Made by a program: the position numbers and the translations under genes. Below, piece by piece: positions 32,369-46,100 of a DNA stretch of 64,000 nt. Origin of the DNA: Macrostomum lignano (lineage: Eukaryota); contig NIVC01000746.1 in assembly GCA_002269645.1 (NCBI GenBank), positions 372,001-436,000 on the forward strand, given 5' to 3'. How positions within the stretch are numbered: position 1 is the stretch's first letter; each line of letters starts with the position of its first letter. Below the pieces are notes generated by a model. The model was not told the origin of the DNA, searched no databases, and was given only the letters and a program-made list of their open reading frames with translations.

Positions 32369-35300
32369 ATCTGGATCTGGATCTGGGATCTGGATCTGGG
32401 ATCTGGATCTGGGATCTGGATCTGGGATCTGGATCTGGGATCTGGATCTGGGATCTGGATCTGGGATCTGGATCTGGGATCTGGATCTGGGATCTGGATC
32501 TGGGATCTGGATCTGGGATCTGGATCTGGGATCTGGATCTGGGATCTGGATCTGGGATCTGGATCTGGGATCTGGATCTGGGATCTGGATCTGGGATCTG
32601 GATCTGGGATCTGGATCTGGGATCTGGATCTGGGATCTGGATCTGGGATCTGGATCTGGGATCTGGATCTGGGATCTGGATCTGGGATCTGGATCTGGGA
32701 TCTGGATCTGGGATCTGGATCTGGGATCTGGATCTGGGATCTGGATCTGGGATCTGGATCTGGGATCTGGATCTGGGATCTGGATCTGGGATCTGGATCT
32801 GGGATCTGGATCTGGGATCTGGATCTGGGATCTGGATCTGGGATCTGGATCTGGGATCTGGATCTGGGATCTGGATCTGGGATCTGGATCTGGGATCTGG
32901 ATCTGGGATCTGGATCTGGGATCTGGATCTGGGATCTGGATCTGGGATCTGGATCTGGGATCTGGATCTGGGATCTGGATCTGGGATCTGGATCTGGGAT
33001 CTGGATCTGGGATCTGGATCTGGGATCTGGATCTGGGATCTGGATCTGGGATCTGGATCTGGGATCTGGATCTGGGATCTGGATCTGGGATCTGGATCTG
33101 GGATCTGGATCTGGGATCTGGATCTGGGATCTGGATCTGGGATCTGGATCTGGGATCTGGATCTGGGATCTGGATCTGGGATCTGGATCTGGGATCTGGA
33201 TCTGGGATCTGGATCTGGGATCTGGATCTGGGATCTGGATCTGGGATCTGGATCTGGGATCTGGATCTGGGATCTGGATCTGGGATCTGGATCTGGGATC
33301 TGGATCTGGGATCTGGATCTGGGATCTGGATCTGGGATCTGGATCTGGGATCTGGATCTGGGATCTGGATCTGGGATCTGGATCTGGGATCTGGATCTGG
33401 GATCTGGATCTGGGATCTGGATCTGGGATCTGGATCTGGGATCTGGATCTGGGATCTGGATCTGGGATCTGGATCTGGGATCTGGATCTGGGATCTGGAT
33501 CTGGGATCTGGATCTGGGATCTGGATCTGGGATCTGGATCTGGGATCTGGATCTGGGATCTGGATCTGGGATCTGGATCTGGGATCTGGATCTGGGATCT
33601 GGATCTGGGATCTGGATCTGGGATCTGGATCTGGGATCTGGATCTGGGATCTGGATCTGGGATCTGGATCTGGGATCTGGATCTGGGATCTGGATCTGGG
33701 ATCTGGATCTGGGATCTGGATCTGGGATCTGGATCTGGGATCTGGATCTGGGATCTGGATCTGGGATCTGGATCTGGGATCTGGATCTGGATCTGGATCT
33801 GGATCTGGGATCTGGATCTGGGATCTGGATCTGGGATCTGGATCTGGGATCTGGATCTGGGATCTGGATCTGGGATCTGGATCTGGGATCTGGATCTGGG
33901 ATCTGGATCTGGGATCTGGATCTGGGATCTGGATCTGGGATCTGGATCTGGGATCTGGATCTGGGATCTGGATCTGGGATCTGGATCTGGGATCTGGATC
34001 TGGGATCTGGATCTGGGATCTGGATCTGGGATCTGGATCTGGGATCTGGATCTGGGATCTGGATCTGGGATCTGGATCTGGGATCTGGATCTGGGATCTG
34101 GATCTGGGATCTGGATCTGGGATCTGGATCTGGGATCTGGATCTGGGATCTGGATCTGGGATCTGGATCTGGGATCTGGATCTGGGATCTGGATCTGGGA
34201 TCTGGATCTGGGATCTGGATCTGGGATCTGGATCTGGGATCTGGATCTGGGATCTGGATCTGGGATCTGGATCTGGGATCTGGATCTGGGATCTGGATCT
34301 GGGATCTGGATCTGGGATCTGGATCTGGGATCTGGATCTGGGATCTGGATCTGGGATCTGGATCTGGGATCTGGATCTGGGATCTGGATCTGGGATCTGG
34401 ATCTGGGATCTGGATCTGGGATCTGGATCTGGGATCTGGATCTGGGATCTGGATCTGGGATCTGGATCTGGGATCTGGATCTGGGATCTGGATCTGGGAT
34501 CTGGATCTGGGATCTGGATCTGGGATCTGGATCTGGGATCTGGATCTGGGATCTGGATCTGGGATCTGGATCTGGGATCTGGATCTGGGATCTGGATCTG
34601 GGATCTGGATCTGGGATCTGGATCTGGGATCTGGATCTGGGATCTGGATCTGGGATCTGGATCTGGGATCTGGATCTGGGATCTGGATCTGGGATCTGGA
34701 TCTGGGATCTGGATCTGGGATCTGGATCTGGGATCTGGATCTGGGATCTGGATCTGGGATCTGGATCTGGGATCTGGATCTGGGATCTGGATCTGGGATC
34801 TGGATCTGGGATCTGGATCTGGGATCTGGATCTGGGATCTGGATCTGGGATCTGGATCTGGGATCTGGATCTGGGATCTGGATCTGGGATCTGGATCTGG
34901 GATCTGGATCTGGGATCTGGATCTGGGATCTGGATCTGGGATCTGGATCTGGGATCTGGATCTGGGATCTGGATCTGGGATCTGGATCTGGGATCTGGAT
35001 CTGGGATCTGGATCTGGGATCTGGATCTGGGATCTGGATCTGGGATCTGGATCTGGGATCTGGATCTGGGATCTGGATCTGGGATCTGGATCTGGGATCT
35101 GGATCTGGGATCTGGATCTGGGATCTGGATCTGGGATCTGGATCTGGGATCTGGATCTGGGATCTGGATCTGGGATCTGGATCTGGGATCTGGATCTGGG
35201 ATCTGGATCTGGGATCTGGATCTGGGATCTGGATCTGGGATCTGGATCTGGGATCTGGATCTGGGATCTGGATCTGGGATCTGGATCTGGGATCTGGATC

Positions 35301-36920
35301 TGGGATCTGGATCTGGGATCTGGATCTGGGATCTGGATCTGGGATCTGGATCTGGGATCTGGATCTGGGATCTGGATCTGGGATCTGGATCTGGGATCTG
35401 GATCTGGGATCTGGATCTGGGATCTGGATCTGGGATCTGGATCTGGGATCTGGATCTGGGATCTGGATCTGGGATCTGGATCTGGGATCTGGATCTGGGA
35501 TCTGGATCTGGGATCTGGATCTGGGATCTGGATCTGGGATCTGGATCTGGGATCTGGATCTGGGATCTGGATCTGGGATCTGGATCTGGGATCTGGATCT
35601 GGGATCTGGATCTGGGATCTGGATCTGGGATCTGGATCTGGGATCTGGATCTGGGATCTGGATCTGGATCTGGATCTGGATCTGGGATCTGGATCTGGGA
35701 TCTGGATCTGGGATCTGGATCTGGGATCTGGATCTGGGATCTGGATCTGGGATCTGGATCTGGGATCTGGATCTGGGATCTGGATCTGGGATCTGGATCT
35801 GGGATCTGGATCTGGGATCTGGATCTGGGATCTGGATCTGGGATCTGGATCTGGGATCTGGATCTGGGATCTGGATCTGGGATCTGGATCTGGATCTGGA
35901 TCTGGATCTGGATCTGGGATCTGGATCTGGGATCTGGATCTGGGATCTGGATCTGGGATCTGGATCTGGGATCTGGATCTGGGATCTGGATCTGGGATCT
36001 GGATCTGGGATCTGGATCTGGGATCTGGATCTGGGATCTGGATCTGGGATCTGGATCTGGGATCTGGATCTGGGATCTGGATCTGGGATCTGGATCTGGG
36101 ATCTGGATCTGGGATCTGGATCTGGGATCTGGATCTGGGATCTGGATCTGGGATCTGGATCTGGGATCTGGATCTGGGATCTGGATCTGGGATCTGGATC
36201 TGGGATCTGGATCTGGGATCTGGATCTGGGATCTGGATCTGGGATCTGGATCTGGGATCTGGATCTGGGATCTGGATCTGGGATCTGGATCTGGGATCTG
36301 GATCTGGGATCTGGATCTGGGATCTGGATCTGGGATCTGGATCTGGGATCTGGATCTGGGATCTGGATCTGGGATCTGGATCTGGGATCTGGATCTGGGA
36401 TCTGGATCTGGGATCTGGATCTGGGATCTGGATCTGGGATCTGGATCTGGGATCTGGATCTGGGATCTGGATCTGGGATCTGGATCTGGGATCTGGATCT
36501 GGGATCTGGATCTGGGATCTGGATCTGGGATCTGGATCTGGGATCTGGATCTGGGATCTGGATCTGGGATCTGGATCTGGGATCTGGATCTGGGATCTGG
36601 ATCTGGGATCTGGATCTGGGATCTGGATCTGGGATCTGGATCTGGGATCTGGATCTGGGATCTGGATCTGGGATCTGGATCTGGGATCTGGATCTGGGAT
36701 CTGGATCTGGGATCTGGATCTGGGATCTGGATCTGGGATCTGGATCTGGGATCTGGATCTGGGATCTGGATCTGGGATCTGGATCTGGGATCTGGATCTG
36801 GGATCTGGATCTGGGATCTGGATCTGGGATCTGGATCTGGGATCTGGATCTGGGATCTGGATCTGGGATCTGGATCTGGGATCTGGATCTGGGATCTGGA
36901 TCTGGGATCTGGATCTGGGA
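32369..36920. repeat. 13-bp satellite (GGATCTGGATCTG)n, about 350 copies
   Basis: Nearly perfect 4.55-kb array, interrupted only by short pure (GGATCT)n runs near 33780, 35660 and 35890. Confidence 0.98.
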
Positions 36921-38155
36921 TGGCTCGAAAACCCTAGCGTGCCAACACAAAGTGAAGCGAGTCTTGAAGCGCTTTGAAAGTCCAGCAGCAGCTCCGGAGC
37001 AGGAAGAAATCTACCCTCGTCCTCTCACCCATTTCCCATTATTTTTGAAGAGCAGCAGCCGAAGCAGCAGGCAGGCAGGCAAAAAAGAAGGCAGCTAAGC
37101 GACACGCAGAATTTTTGCCGGGGCGAATTTCCTCATCAACTCCCACCGTCAGCTCCGTCAGTCACGCGATTTCTCCCCAGTTGGGTTGGGTCGTGGGCCC
37201 CAGAAGAAGCTGCCGCCGCGCCCGTCTCCGTCTCAGGGCGGTTGGGAAAATATCCGGCATGCGCGAGGCGATATGTGCGCTCGGAGATGCATAAAACAGT
37301 GTGTATTGGTGAGAGACAGATTAGAGTATTAAAGAAGTGGCTTACGAGCGCATTACGAGCGTACGAGCAGGGATGCTCAGCTGAGCAAATCCTATATATA
37401 ACTCGCGCTAGTCCCAAGGGAGTCAAGAATTACATTAATTCGGTAATAGTGCCCACGAACGAAATTCAGTTGGAAGAGAAATTTTCGGCTTAACCCGGCC
37501 CGCCAACCCTGCCTATGCTGCCCCCACCCCCTCTCTCTCTCTCTCTCTACCTCTCTCGCGCCTTCTCTTTGCTGGAACGATCGACGCGTGCGAACGTGAC
37601 TTTTGCCAAGCGGCCGAGAAATAGGGAATCGTTCAGAAACAATTAGCAATTCCGAATGAATTTTTGGCTCTTCTCTCGAGATGAAAGCATCGAATACTGA
37701 GGAGCGGGTTGGAGCCTGATTATGAATGCTAACTGACGAGATTAGCCAGCGGCCTTGGGGGTCAGCTGAGCTAGATTCGATCCCGCGCCTCGAGAGAGAG
37801 GAGAGGGAGATAGATGGTGAAAAGTAGCTCCGCAGGTCGCGGCGGCCCGTCGCTTCAGACAATTTCTGACAAGGAAAACGTGCGCTTCTTTAGGGTGAGT
37901 TCTTTTAGTCTGGGGTGAGAGCATGAGATGAGCCGGATGAGAAAGTAGGGGTCCGCTTGTTGAACTCATCCCATCACCAGTGGCGAGGCAATTCTGCCCA
38001 TTCCGCTGACTCCCTGAGCACATACAAGCGCGCCGATGCTGTCACACAGACATGTACACATACACACGCTCTAATCATCAGGTATGTACAGTCTCTGTGC
38101 CCTCATGGTGTGTGAATCGAACGACAACCCTCCAGTCAATTTTTAGTAAACAAGA

Positions 38156-38795
38156 TACTCAGGCCCTAAGATTCCGAGTCCAAGCACAAGCTACTTAGGC
38201 CCTAAGATTCCGAGTCCAAGCACAAGCTACTCAGGCCCTAAGATTCCGAATCCAAGCACAAGCTACTTAGGCCCTAAGATTCCGAGTCCAAGCACAAGCT
38301 ACTCAGGCCCTAAGATTCCGAGTCCAAGCACAAGCTACTCAGGCCCTAAGATTCCGAATCCAAGCACAAGCTACTCAGGCCCTAAGATTCCGAATCCAAG
38401 CACAAGCTACTTAGGCCCTAAGATTCCAAGTCCAAGCACAAGCTACTTAGGCCCTAAGATTCCGAGTCCAAGCACAAGCTACTTAGGCCCTAAGATTCCG
38501 AGTCCAAGCACAAGCTACTTAGGCCCTAAGATTCCGAGTCCAAGCACAAGCTACTCAGGCCCTAAGATTCCGAGTCCAAGCACAAGCTACTTAGGCCCTA
38601 AGATTCCGAGTCCAAGCACAAGCTACTTAGGCCCTAAGATTCCGAGTCCAAGCACAAGCTACTTAGGCCCTAAGATTCCGAGTCCAAGCACAAGCTACTT
38701 AGGCCCTAAGATTCCGAGTCCAAGCACAAGCTACTTAGGCCCTAAGATTCCGAGTCCAAGCACAAGCTACTCAGGCCCTAAGATTCCGAGTCCAA
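38156..38795. repeat. 36-bp minisatellite (TACTYAGGCCCTAAGATTCCGAGTCCAAGCACAAGC)
   Basis: About 18 head-to-tail copies with no spacers. Confidence 0.96.
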
Positions 38796-39329
38796 AGTAG
38801 CATCGAGCATTCGAGAACGCAATTGCAGCAGTGACCAAACCCACAAAAAATCTTAGCCGATAGAAAAAGTTTCGGCACAGCTCAGTGGGATGTCCAGTCC
38901 ACTATCTGAAGCCTGAGATCTGAGCCTCTCGGTTGCGGCTATAATCAATATTTTATCGATTCCGTGGCAAGCTGTGACAACGGAAGAGCCATTCGAGTAG
39001 CCCGGATGATATATTTTGCTCTCTTGCATGGCGACGGCAACAAGCCGCTGATTTTTGGGGAGGCGAAGCAAAACTCGCCTTAGGAAAAGATGATGAAGGA
39101 GTGGGCCAGCATCCCCGGGCTCATTCGAGTGGCGCTCGAAAGCGGGAAGCAACCGGCACGCCCCAATGGACGATATGGCTGACAAGCTGGTCCTACGGTA
39201 ACCCTGCAGGCGTCCTTTAATATATCATGATAATACGGTAACCCTTGCATTTTAAAAGTAAAATGCAAAATTTAAAAACGCGCAAAAACCCCAACAAAGC
39301 GACAAATTAAGAATGAGAGCCAGAATTCC

Positions 39330-39500
39330 AAGACAGGGTGCCAAATTAGGAAATGCTTGCCAAATTAAGAAATCATGTCAAATTATGAAATGCTACCAAA
39401 TTAGGAAATACTTGTCAAATTAGGAAAAGTTACCAAATTAGGAAATCCTTCCAAATAAGGGAATGCTACCAAATTAGAAAATGATACTAAATTTGGAAAT
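39330..39500. repeat. Degenerate 18-20-bp repeat (CCAAATTAGGAAATGCT)
   Basis: About 8 diverged copies. Confidence 0.75.
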
Positions 39501-40254
39501 GGAAACCAGTGATTGAAATAGAGTTTAAGTCACGTATAGTCGCCAAAATGATAAAGCTGAATGCCGATTACCTATGAATCTTGTTTTGCTCATCAGTCAT
39601 TTATTTTTATTGCATCAATTTACCATGTGATAGATCTTCTCCAACAATATTAATGAATCTGAAAGTCCGACTCAAGCTTAGAAATGAAGCGACACCCCCA
39701 GGTGTCGGATCGGATCGGATTCAACTCCATCGCCTGCGAGGGAGTTGGGAAGAAAGTCCCCAAATAGACACAATCCCTACGGTGGGGGAGCTTTGAGTTG
39801 GAAAGATTCTGGCACAAATGGGATGCCAGCACGACTTGGGATAAAAAAGAAGCTTATTCGCGGGGGCTGAGGAAGACAGGTGACGGGATCCGGCTTTGCC
39901 AGTTCGAGTCCGAAACTCCCATCGGGAGCTCGGATTTCTCGAAAATCGCGAGCCGAGAGTAGGCTGAAAGTTCTCACACATGAGCAAAGCATCTGCTCGG
40001 CCCCATCCTGGACAGCTGCCAGTTTGCCTCATCAGATTCTCAACAAGATTACCCGCATGTCAGCCCTTCTCCGACTTCTCTGGCAGCTGTCCATCTGTGT
40101 GGAATTGTGATTTTCTAATCAATATTGATTCTCATTGGAGAAATCCAATGAAAATAAACTGGAAGAAGGCGGGAATATAAGCAGACTCTCGCGGCTAGAG
40201 AGGTCAAGAAATAGATACTGAAGGGCGGAATGGGGAACAGTGGGGGAGGGGAAC

Positions 40255-41857
40255 ACAGCGGAGAGAGGGGAACACAGCGGGGAGAGGAGAACACACCAGG
40301 GAGAGGAGAACACACCAGGGAGAGGAGAACACACCAGGGAGAGGAGAACACACCAGGGAGAGGAGAACACACCAGGGAGAGGAGAACACACCAGGGAGAG
40401 GAGAACACACCAGGGAGAGGAGAACACACCAGGGAGAGGAGAACACACCAGGGAGAGGAGAACACACCAGGGAGAGGAGAACACACCAGGGAGAGGAGAA
40501 CACACCAGGGAGAGGAGAACACACCAGGGAGAGGAGAACACACCAGGGAGAGGAGAACACACCAGGGAGAGGAGAACACACCAGGGAGAGGAGAACACAC
40601 CAGGGAGAGGAGAACACACCAGGGAGAGGAGAACACACCAGGGAGAGGAGAACACACCAGGGAGAGGAGAACACACCAGGGAGAGGAGAACACACCAGGG
40701 AGAGGAGAACACACCAGGGAGAGGAGAACACACCAGGGAGAGGAGAACACACCAGGGAGAGGAGAACACACCAGGGAGAGGAGAACACACCAGGGAGAGG
40801 AGAACACACCAGGGAGAGGAGAACACACCAGGGAGAGGAGAACACACTAGGGAGAGGAGAACACACCAGGGAGAGGAGAACACACCAGGGAGAGGAGAAC
40901 ACACCAGGGAGAGGAGAACACACCAGGGAGAGGAGAACACACCAGGGAGAGGAGAACACACCAGGGAGAGGAGAACACACCAGGGAGAGGAGAACACACT
41001 AGGGAGAGGAGAACACACCAGGGAGAGGAGAACACACCAGGGAGAGGAGAACACACCAGGGAGAGGAGAACACACCAGGGAGAGGAGAACACACCAGGGA
41101 GAGGAGAACACACCAGGGAGAGGAGAACACACCAGGGAGAGGAGAACACACCAGGGAGAGGAGAACACACTAGGGAGAGGAGAACACACTAGGGAGAGGA
41201 GAACACACCAGGGAGAGGAGAACACACCAGGGAGAGGAGAACACACCAGGGAGAGGAGAACACACCAGGGAGAGGAGAACACACCAGGGAGAGGAGAACA
41301 CACCAGGGAGAGGAGAACACACCAGGGAGAGGAGAACACACCAGGGAGAGGAGAACACACTAGGGAGAGGAGAACACACCAGGGAGAGGAGAACACACCA
41401 GGGAGAGGAGAACACACCAGGGAGAGGAGAACACACCAGGGAGAGGAGAACACACCAGGGAGAGGAGAACACACCAGGGAGAGGAGAACACACCAGGGAG
41501 AGGAGAACACACCAGGGAGAGGAGAACACATCAGGGAGAGGAGAACACACCAGGGAGAGGAGAACACATCAGGGAGAGGAGAACACACCAGGGAGAGGAG
41601 AACACACCAGGGAGAGGAGAACACACTAGGGAGAGGAGAACACACCAGGGAGAGGAGAACACACCAGGGAGAGGAGAACACACCAGGGAGAGGAGAACGC
41701 ACTAGGGAGAGGAGAACACACCAGGGAGAGGAGAACACACCAGGGAGAGGAGAACACACCAGGGAGAGGAGAACACACTAGGGAGAGGAGAACACACCAG
41801 GGAGAGGAGAACACACCAGGGAGAGGAGAACACACCAGGGAGAGGAGAACACACCAG
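40255..41857. repeat. 19-bp minisatellite (GGGAGAGGAGAACACACCA)
   Basis: About 84 copies with occasional CTA/TCA variants. Confidence 0.97.
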
Positions 41858-42386
41858 ATGCACGAACCGGGAAAGGTCAGAAAAGAGATGTAAAAGTAAA
41901 AATCAAGAGAGGCCGTATGACTGAATGAAAAACACTGAATGATAAGCTGGGCCCCCCAATCGCAGTGAGCGAAGCAATTAGATTAATGATTGGTTCTGTC
42001 ATTCTCACGAGTATGCGGCACTGCGGGATCACTGGGGAGCCAAGAAAATTTGGCGGCAAATTTGTGATCTAATGAAACTGGAGAGGGTATAGTGATGGGG
42101 GCAGCAGTGTGTATGCAGCTGCAAGCAGTATCTCCAGCTGAGATCCTCTGAGTCTTACTATACTCAGCTTAGAACTACGAGCTATATATGTAAGGCGCTC
42201 TCACTGTGGCAGCAGCCTTCCTAATCCGAACACGCTTACTTGCCAGAATCTGCTTGGCTGGGTATCTGCCTCATCATGATGCATCATTACTAACATAATG
42301 CGGCCCCCAGCGTGTGTTTCTCTCTAGCCATTTTAAACTAATTGTCTTTGCCTTAACAGTCGAAATAGTAAATAGTTGCGAGTAAA

Positions 42387-43872
42387 CCTAATGGAGTGAA
42401 ACTGAAATATTAATGGAGTGACACAGATCTTAATCGAGTGAAACTAGCATCCTATTGGAGTGAAACTGGGATCCTAATGAAATGAAACTGGGATCCTAAT
42501 GAGTTGAAACTGGGATCCTAATGAAACGAAACTGGGGTCCTAATGGAGTGAAACTGGGATCCTAATGTAGTGAAACTGGGATCCCAATGGAGTGAAACTG
42601 GGATCCTAATGAAATGAAACTGGGATCCTAATGAGTTGAAACTGGGATCCTAATGAAATGAAACTGGGATCCTATTGGAGAAAAAATGGGATCCTATTGG
42701 AATGAAACTGGGATCCTAATGAGTTGAAACTGGGATCCTAATGGAGTGAAACTGGGATCCTAATGGAGTGAAACTGGGATCCTAATGAAGTGAAACTGGG
42801 ATCCCAATGGAGTGAAACTGGGATCCTAATGGAGTGAAACTGGGATCCTAATGTAGTGAAACTGGGATCCCAATGGAGTGAAACTGGGATCCTAATGAAA
42901 TGAAACTGGGATCCTAATGAAATGAAACTGGGATCCTAATGAGTTGAAACTGGGATTCTAATGAAATGAAACTGGGATCCTATTGGAGAAAAAATGGGAT
43001 CCTATTGGAATGAAACTGGGATCCTAATGAGTTGAAACTGGGATCCTAATGTAGTGAAACTGGGATCCTAATGAAGTGAAACTGGGATCCCAATGGAGTG
43101 AAACTGGGATCCTAATGGAGTGAAACTGGGATCCTAATGGAGTGAAACTGGGATCCTAATGTAGTGAAACTGGGATCCCAATGGAGTGAAACTGGGATCC
43201 TAATGTAGTGAAACTGGGATCCCAATGGAGTGAAACTGGGATCCTAATGTAGTGAAACTGGGATCCCAATGGAGTGAAACTGGGATCTTAATGAAATGAA
43301 ACTGGGATCCTAATGAAATGAAACTGGGATCCTAATGAGTTGAAACTGGGATTCTAATGAAATGAGACTGGGATCCCATTGGAGAAAAAATGGGATCCTA
43401 TTGGAATGAAACTGGGATCCTAATGAGTTGAAACTGGGATCCTAATGGAGTGAAACTGGGATCCTAATGAAGTGAAACTGGGATCCCAATGGAGTGAAAC
43501 TGGGATCCTAATGAGTGAAACTGGGATCCCAATGGAGTGAAACTGGGATCCTAATGTAGTGAAACTGGGATCCCAATGGAGTGAAACTGGGATCCTAATG
43601 TAGTGAAACTGGGATCCTAATGTAGTGAAACTGGGATCCTAATGTAGTGAAACTGGGATCCTAATGAGTGAAACTGGGATCCTAATGTAGTGAAACTGGG
43701 ATCCTAATGTAGTGAAACTGGGATCCTAATGTAGTGAAACTGGGATCCTAATGTAGTGAAACTGGGATCCTAATGTAGTGAAACTGGGATCCTAATGTAG
43801 TGAAACTGGGATCCTAATGTAGTGAAACTGGGATCCTAATGTAGTGAAACTGGGAGTGAAACTGGGATCCTA
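42387..43872. repeat. 22-bp minisatellite (TGGAGTGAAACTGGGATCCTAA) with higher-order blocks
   Basis: About 65 copies. Variant TTGGAGAAAAAATGGGATCC recurs at about 42675, 42983 and 43379; the TGTAG variant is homogenised at the right end. Confidence 0.96.
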
Positions 43873-44366
43873 TCAAAATAAAAAACTGCAAAAAGCAACC
43901 AGAAACAATGAAAAAATACAATATATCTAAAAGTCCATTGTATATTTAAGTTGAATTAACAATGCATCACTCTGAAGCATCCAGTACTGGAGTTCTAGCG
44001 CTAGAAGAACATGAGGACATTATCATTACAATTCACAGCTGTTTAATATATATTTACATCTATACAAACAAGGACTTCTTGGATTGGAAAATTGCCGGAA
44101 TCGAATACAATTTAAATCTATCTTTATAACGCTATATAATATTGTTGGATAAAAACTGTTATGAAAATCTTATTGTAAAGTGACTCCGTGTACTTGTAAC
44201 GCCTAAATTTAGCCAAGTAGCTTACAGGAAATCATTACGACTAATAAGACAGTCGACAATAGTTAAAAATTCTATAGTGTGTGCGGGTTCAATTGGAATC
44301 TTATCATTAGTATTAGTACGAGTAGTACAATAGCAGTTATATCAGTTGACAGAGTAGTTTGTGCGC

Positions 44367-44768
44367 TCAGAGCACCGAACAGACGGCGATGCTGTGCGTC
44401 GGATTCCCGGCCGCCGGTGTCGGCTGCGGCTGCGTCGACGGCGGGGCGGCAACGGCGGCGGCCTTGGCGGCCTTGGCTCGCAGGCCCCTGTCTAGCAGGG
44501 CGTCCCGCAGGGTGCACAGCGGAGTCGGCGCTTTTTCCCGGTGCACCCGGCGCTCCCGGCCATAGACAAAGAACCGGCGCAGCTTCGGGTCGGCGCCGCT
44601 CCAGCGGTAGTCGCACTGGCTGAGCGGAATCAGCCGGACAATGTGCTTCTGCAGCAGCACCCGCGTGTCCGGCCCGGCCGTGGCCAGCTGCCGGTTCACC
44701 AGCACCTCGCAGGCCATCACCAGACTCAGGGGGAAGGCCGCCTCGCTGAGACCTACTCGGGGTCCGAC
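44367..44768 (-). CDS. SSUH2: SSUH2 homolog, exon 2 (C-terminal domain ending in CaaX motif CSVL)
   Basis: Acceptor cctAG at 44769-44770 (minus), phase 0. VGPRVGLSEAAFPLSLVMACE...TRVLLQKHIVRLIPLSQCDYRW...FFVYGRERRV resembles the SSUH2 C-terminus (RVLQQRQTIELIPLTEVHY...YIYG). TGA at 44367-44369. Confidence 0.8.
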   Translation of the reverse strand, partial: VGPRVGLSEAAFPLSLVMACEVLVNRQLATAGPDTRVLLQKHIVRLIPLSQCDYRWSGADPKLRRFFVYGRERRVHREKAPTPLCTLRDALLDRGLRAKAAKAAAVAAPPSTQPQPTPAAGNPTHSIAVCSVL

Positions 44769-44884
44769 CTAGGATTGATGGGAAGAAGTAGCTGGGGCGT
44801 GTAGTAGCGTTGTTAGAGTAAGCTGTTGTCACGCTATTGTGTGTCTTATTCTGCATTGTGCATACTCGCGCTCTTACTCGACCC

Positions 44885-45243
44885 GGCCCCCGTTCCGACC
44901 TCCGCTGTCCACCTCCTCAGCCCCCGTTCCGACCTCCGCTGTCCACCTCCTCAGCCCCCGTTCCGACCTCCGCTGTCCACCTCCTCAGCCCCCTTCCGAC
45001 CTCCGCTGTCCACCTCCTCAGCCCCCTTCCGACCTCCGCTGTCCACCTCCTCAGCCCCCGTTCCACCCTCCGCTGTCCACCTCCTCAGCCCCCTTCCGCC
45101 CTTCGCTGTCCACCTCCTCAGTCCTCAGCCCCCTTCCGCCCTCCGCTGTCCACCTCCTCAGTCCTCAGCCCCCTTCCGCCCTTCGCTGTCCACCTCCTTA
45201 GACTCCTTCCGCCCTCCGCTCCTCAGCCCCCTCCGCTCCTCAG
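44885..45243. repeat. About 34-bp C-rich minisatellite (CCGACCTCCGCTGTCCACCTCCTCAGCCCC[G]TT) in the SSUH2 intron
   Basis: About 10 copies filling most of the 495-nt intron 44769-45263. Confidence 0.92.
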
Positions 45244-45263
45244 CGAAGAATTCAGTGGCTCAC

Positions 45264-46100
45264 CTGTCGATGAACAACAAATCCGTCGGTCTCGCTAAGC
45301 CTGTAGGACGGCAGGTCACTCCCGTTCAGCACAACATAGTCGAAGGCCACTCCCCACGTGACTTGAACCACTCGATAGCGTTTCAACCGGCCGGAGCCGG
45401 CGCATTCCGGACACTCGACGCCGATTCGGCCGCGGCAGGCCGGACACCGGACGGTGCCTCTGCCGGCGCACATGGTGCACCTGTGCAGCTCCTCGCCGTG
45501 ACCGTGGCAGACCAGGCAGGACACGTTGCCTTTCCGTCGGCAGCGCCGGCAGTTGACGTAGCCGACGCCGAAGCAGTGCGGACAGCCTAGCGTCTTCTCC
45601 GAGTGCGGCAGCGGCAGGCTGTACTGGGCGTCGGTGAACGCGGCAGGGATCGGCCGTTTGAGGTCCCAGGTGGGCGGCTCCGGCCCGTTCAAGCGGCTGT
45701 CCAGCGGGCCGCCGTGGTAGGGCACGAACCGCTCCTTGACGGTGTGCCGCTCGAACCAGCTGATCAGAGTGTAATAAAAGGCCTCATGCGAGGCAACGCT
45801 AACCACCGTCAGGGTCTTCAATAATCTGGCGGAGAAGCAGCACTGCCTGGTCACGTGATCGGCGATCAGCTCCCGAGCCTCCTCTTCGGTGAGCTTCAGC
45901 AACAGCTGGTCCAGTCGGCTTAGGCTCATAATTTTCATTTGGTCTGGCTTGGCTTGGAGGCGAGGATGGCTTCTACTGCTATGGCTGGCCTGACATTCAT
46001 ACGGGTCCGGGGCTGCCTGTTCTATTGTGCCGCTCTGAGGCTGCTGCTGTGCTCTGGAGCCTCTCGCCTCTTCTCTCTCCTCTCTGTCCGCTAGGGACAT
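45264..46100 (-). CDS. SSUH2: SSUH2 homolog, exon 1 (N-terminal domain plus DnaJ-like CxxCxGxG zinc-finger repeats)
   Basis: ATG at 46100 (MSLADREE...) within ORF 45252-46313. LTEEEARELIADHVTRQCCF, FVPYHGGPLD...PPTWD, LPLPHSEKTLGCPHCFGVG, then six further CxxC-type repeats. Donor GTGAGC at 45263. Spliced product is about 412 aa. Confidence 0.85.

Noticed and set aside
32276-36950. 1553-aa and 1536-aa ORFs (GSGSGIWIWDLDL / PDPDPRSRSQIQI repeats)
   Set aside because: They arise because the 13-mer lacks stop codons. All frames cycle through the same string, and hexamer insertions are non-selective.
42387-43872. Hammerhead ribozyme satellite (CTAATGAGTTGAAAC resembles CUGAUGA..GAAAC)
   Set aside because: The catalytic G of CUGA is A, and stems I-III cannot form. 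Other CTGANGA hits in the window lack a properly placed GAAA.
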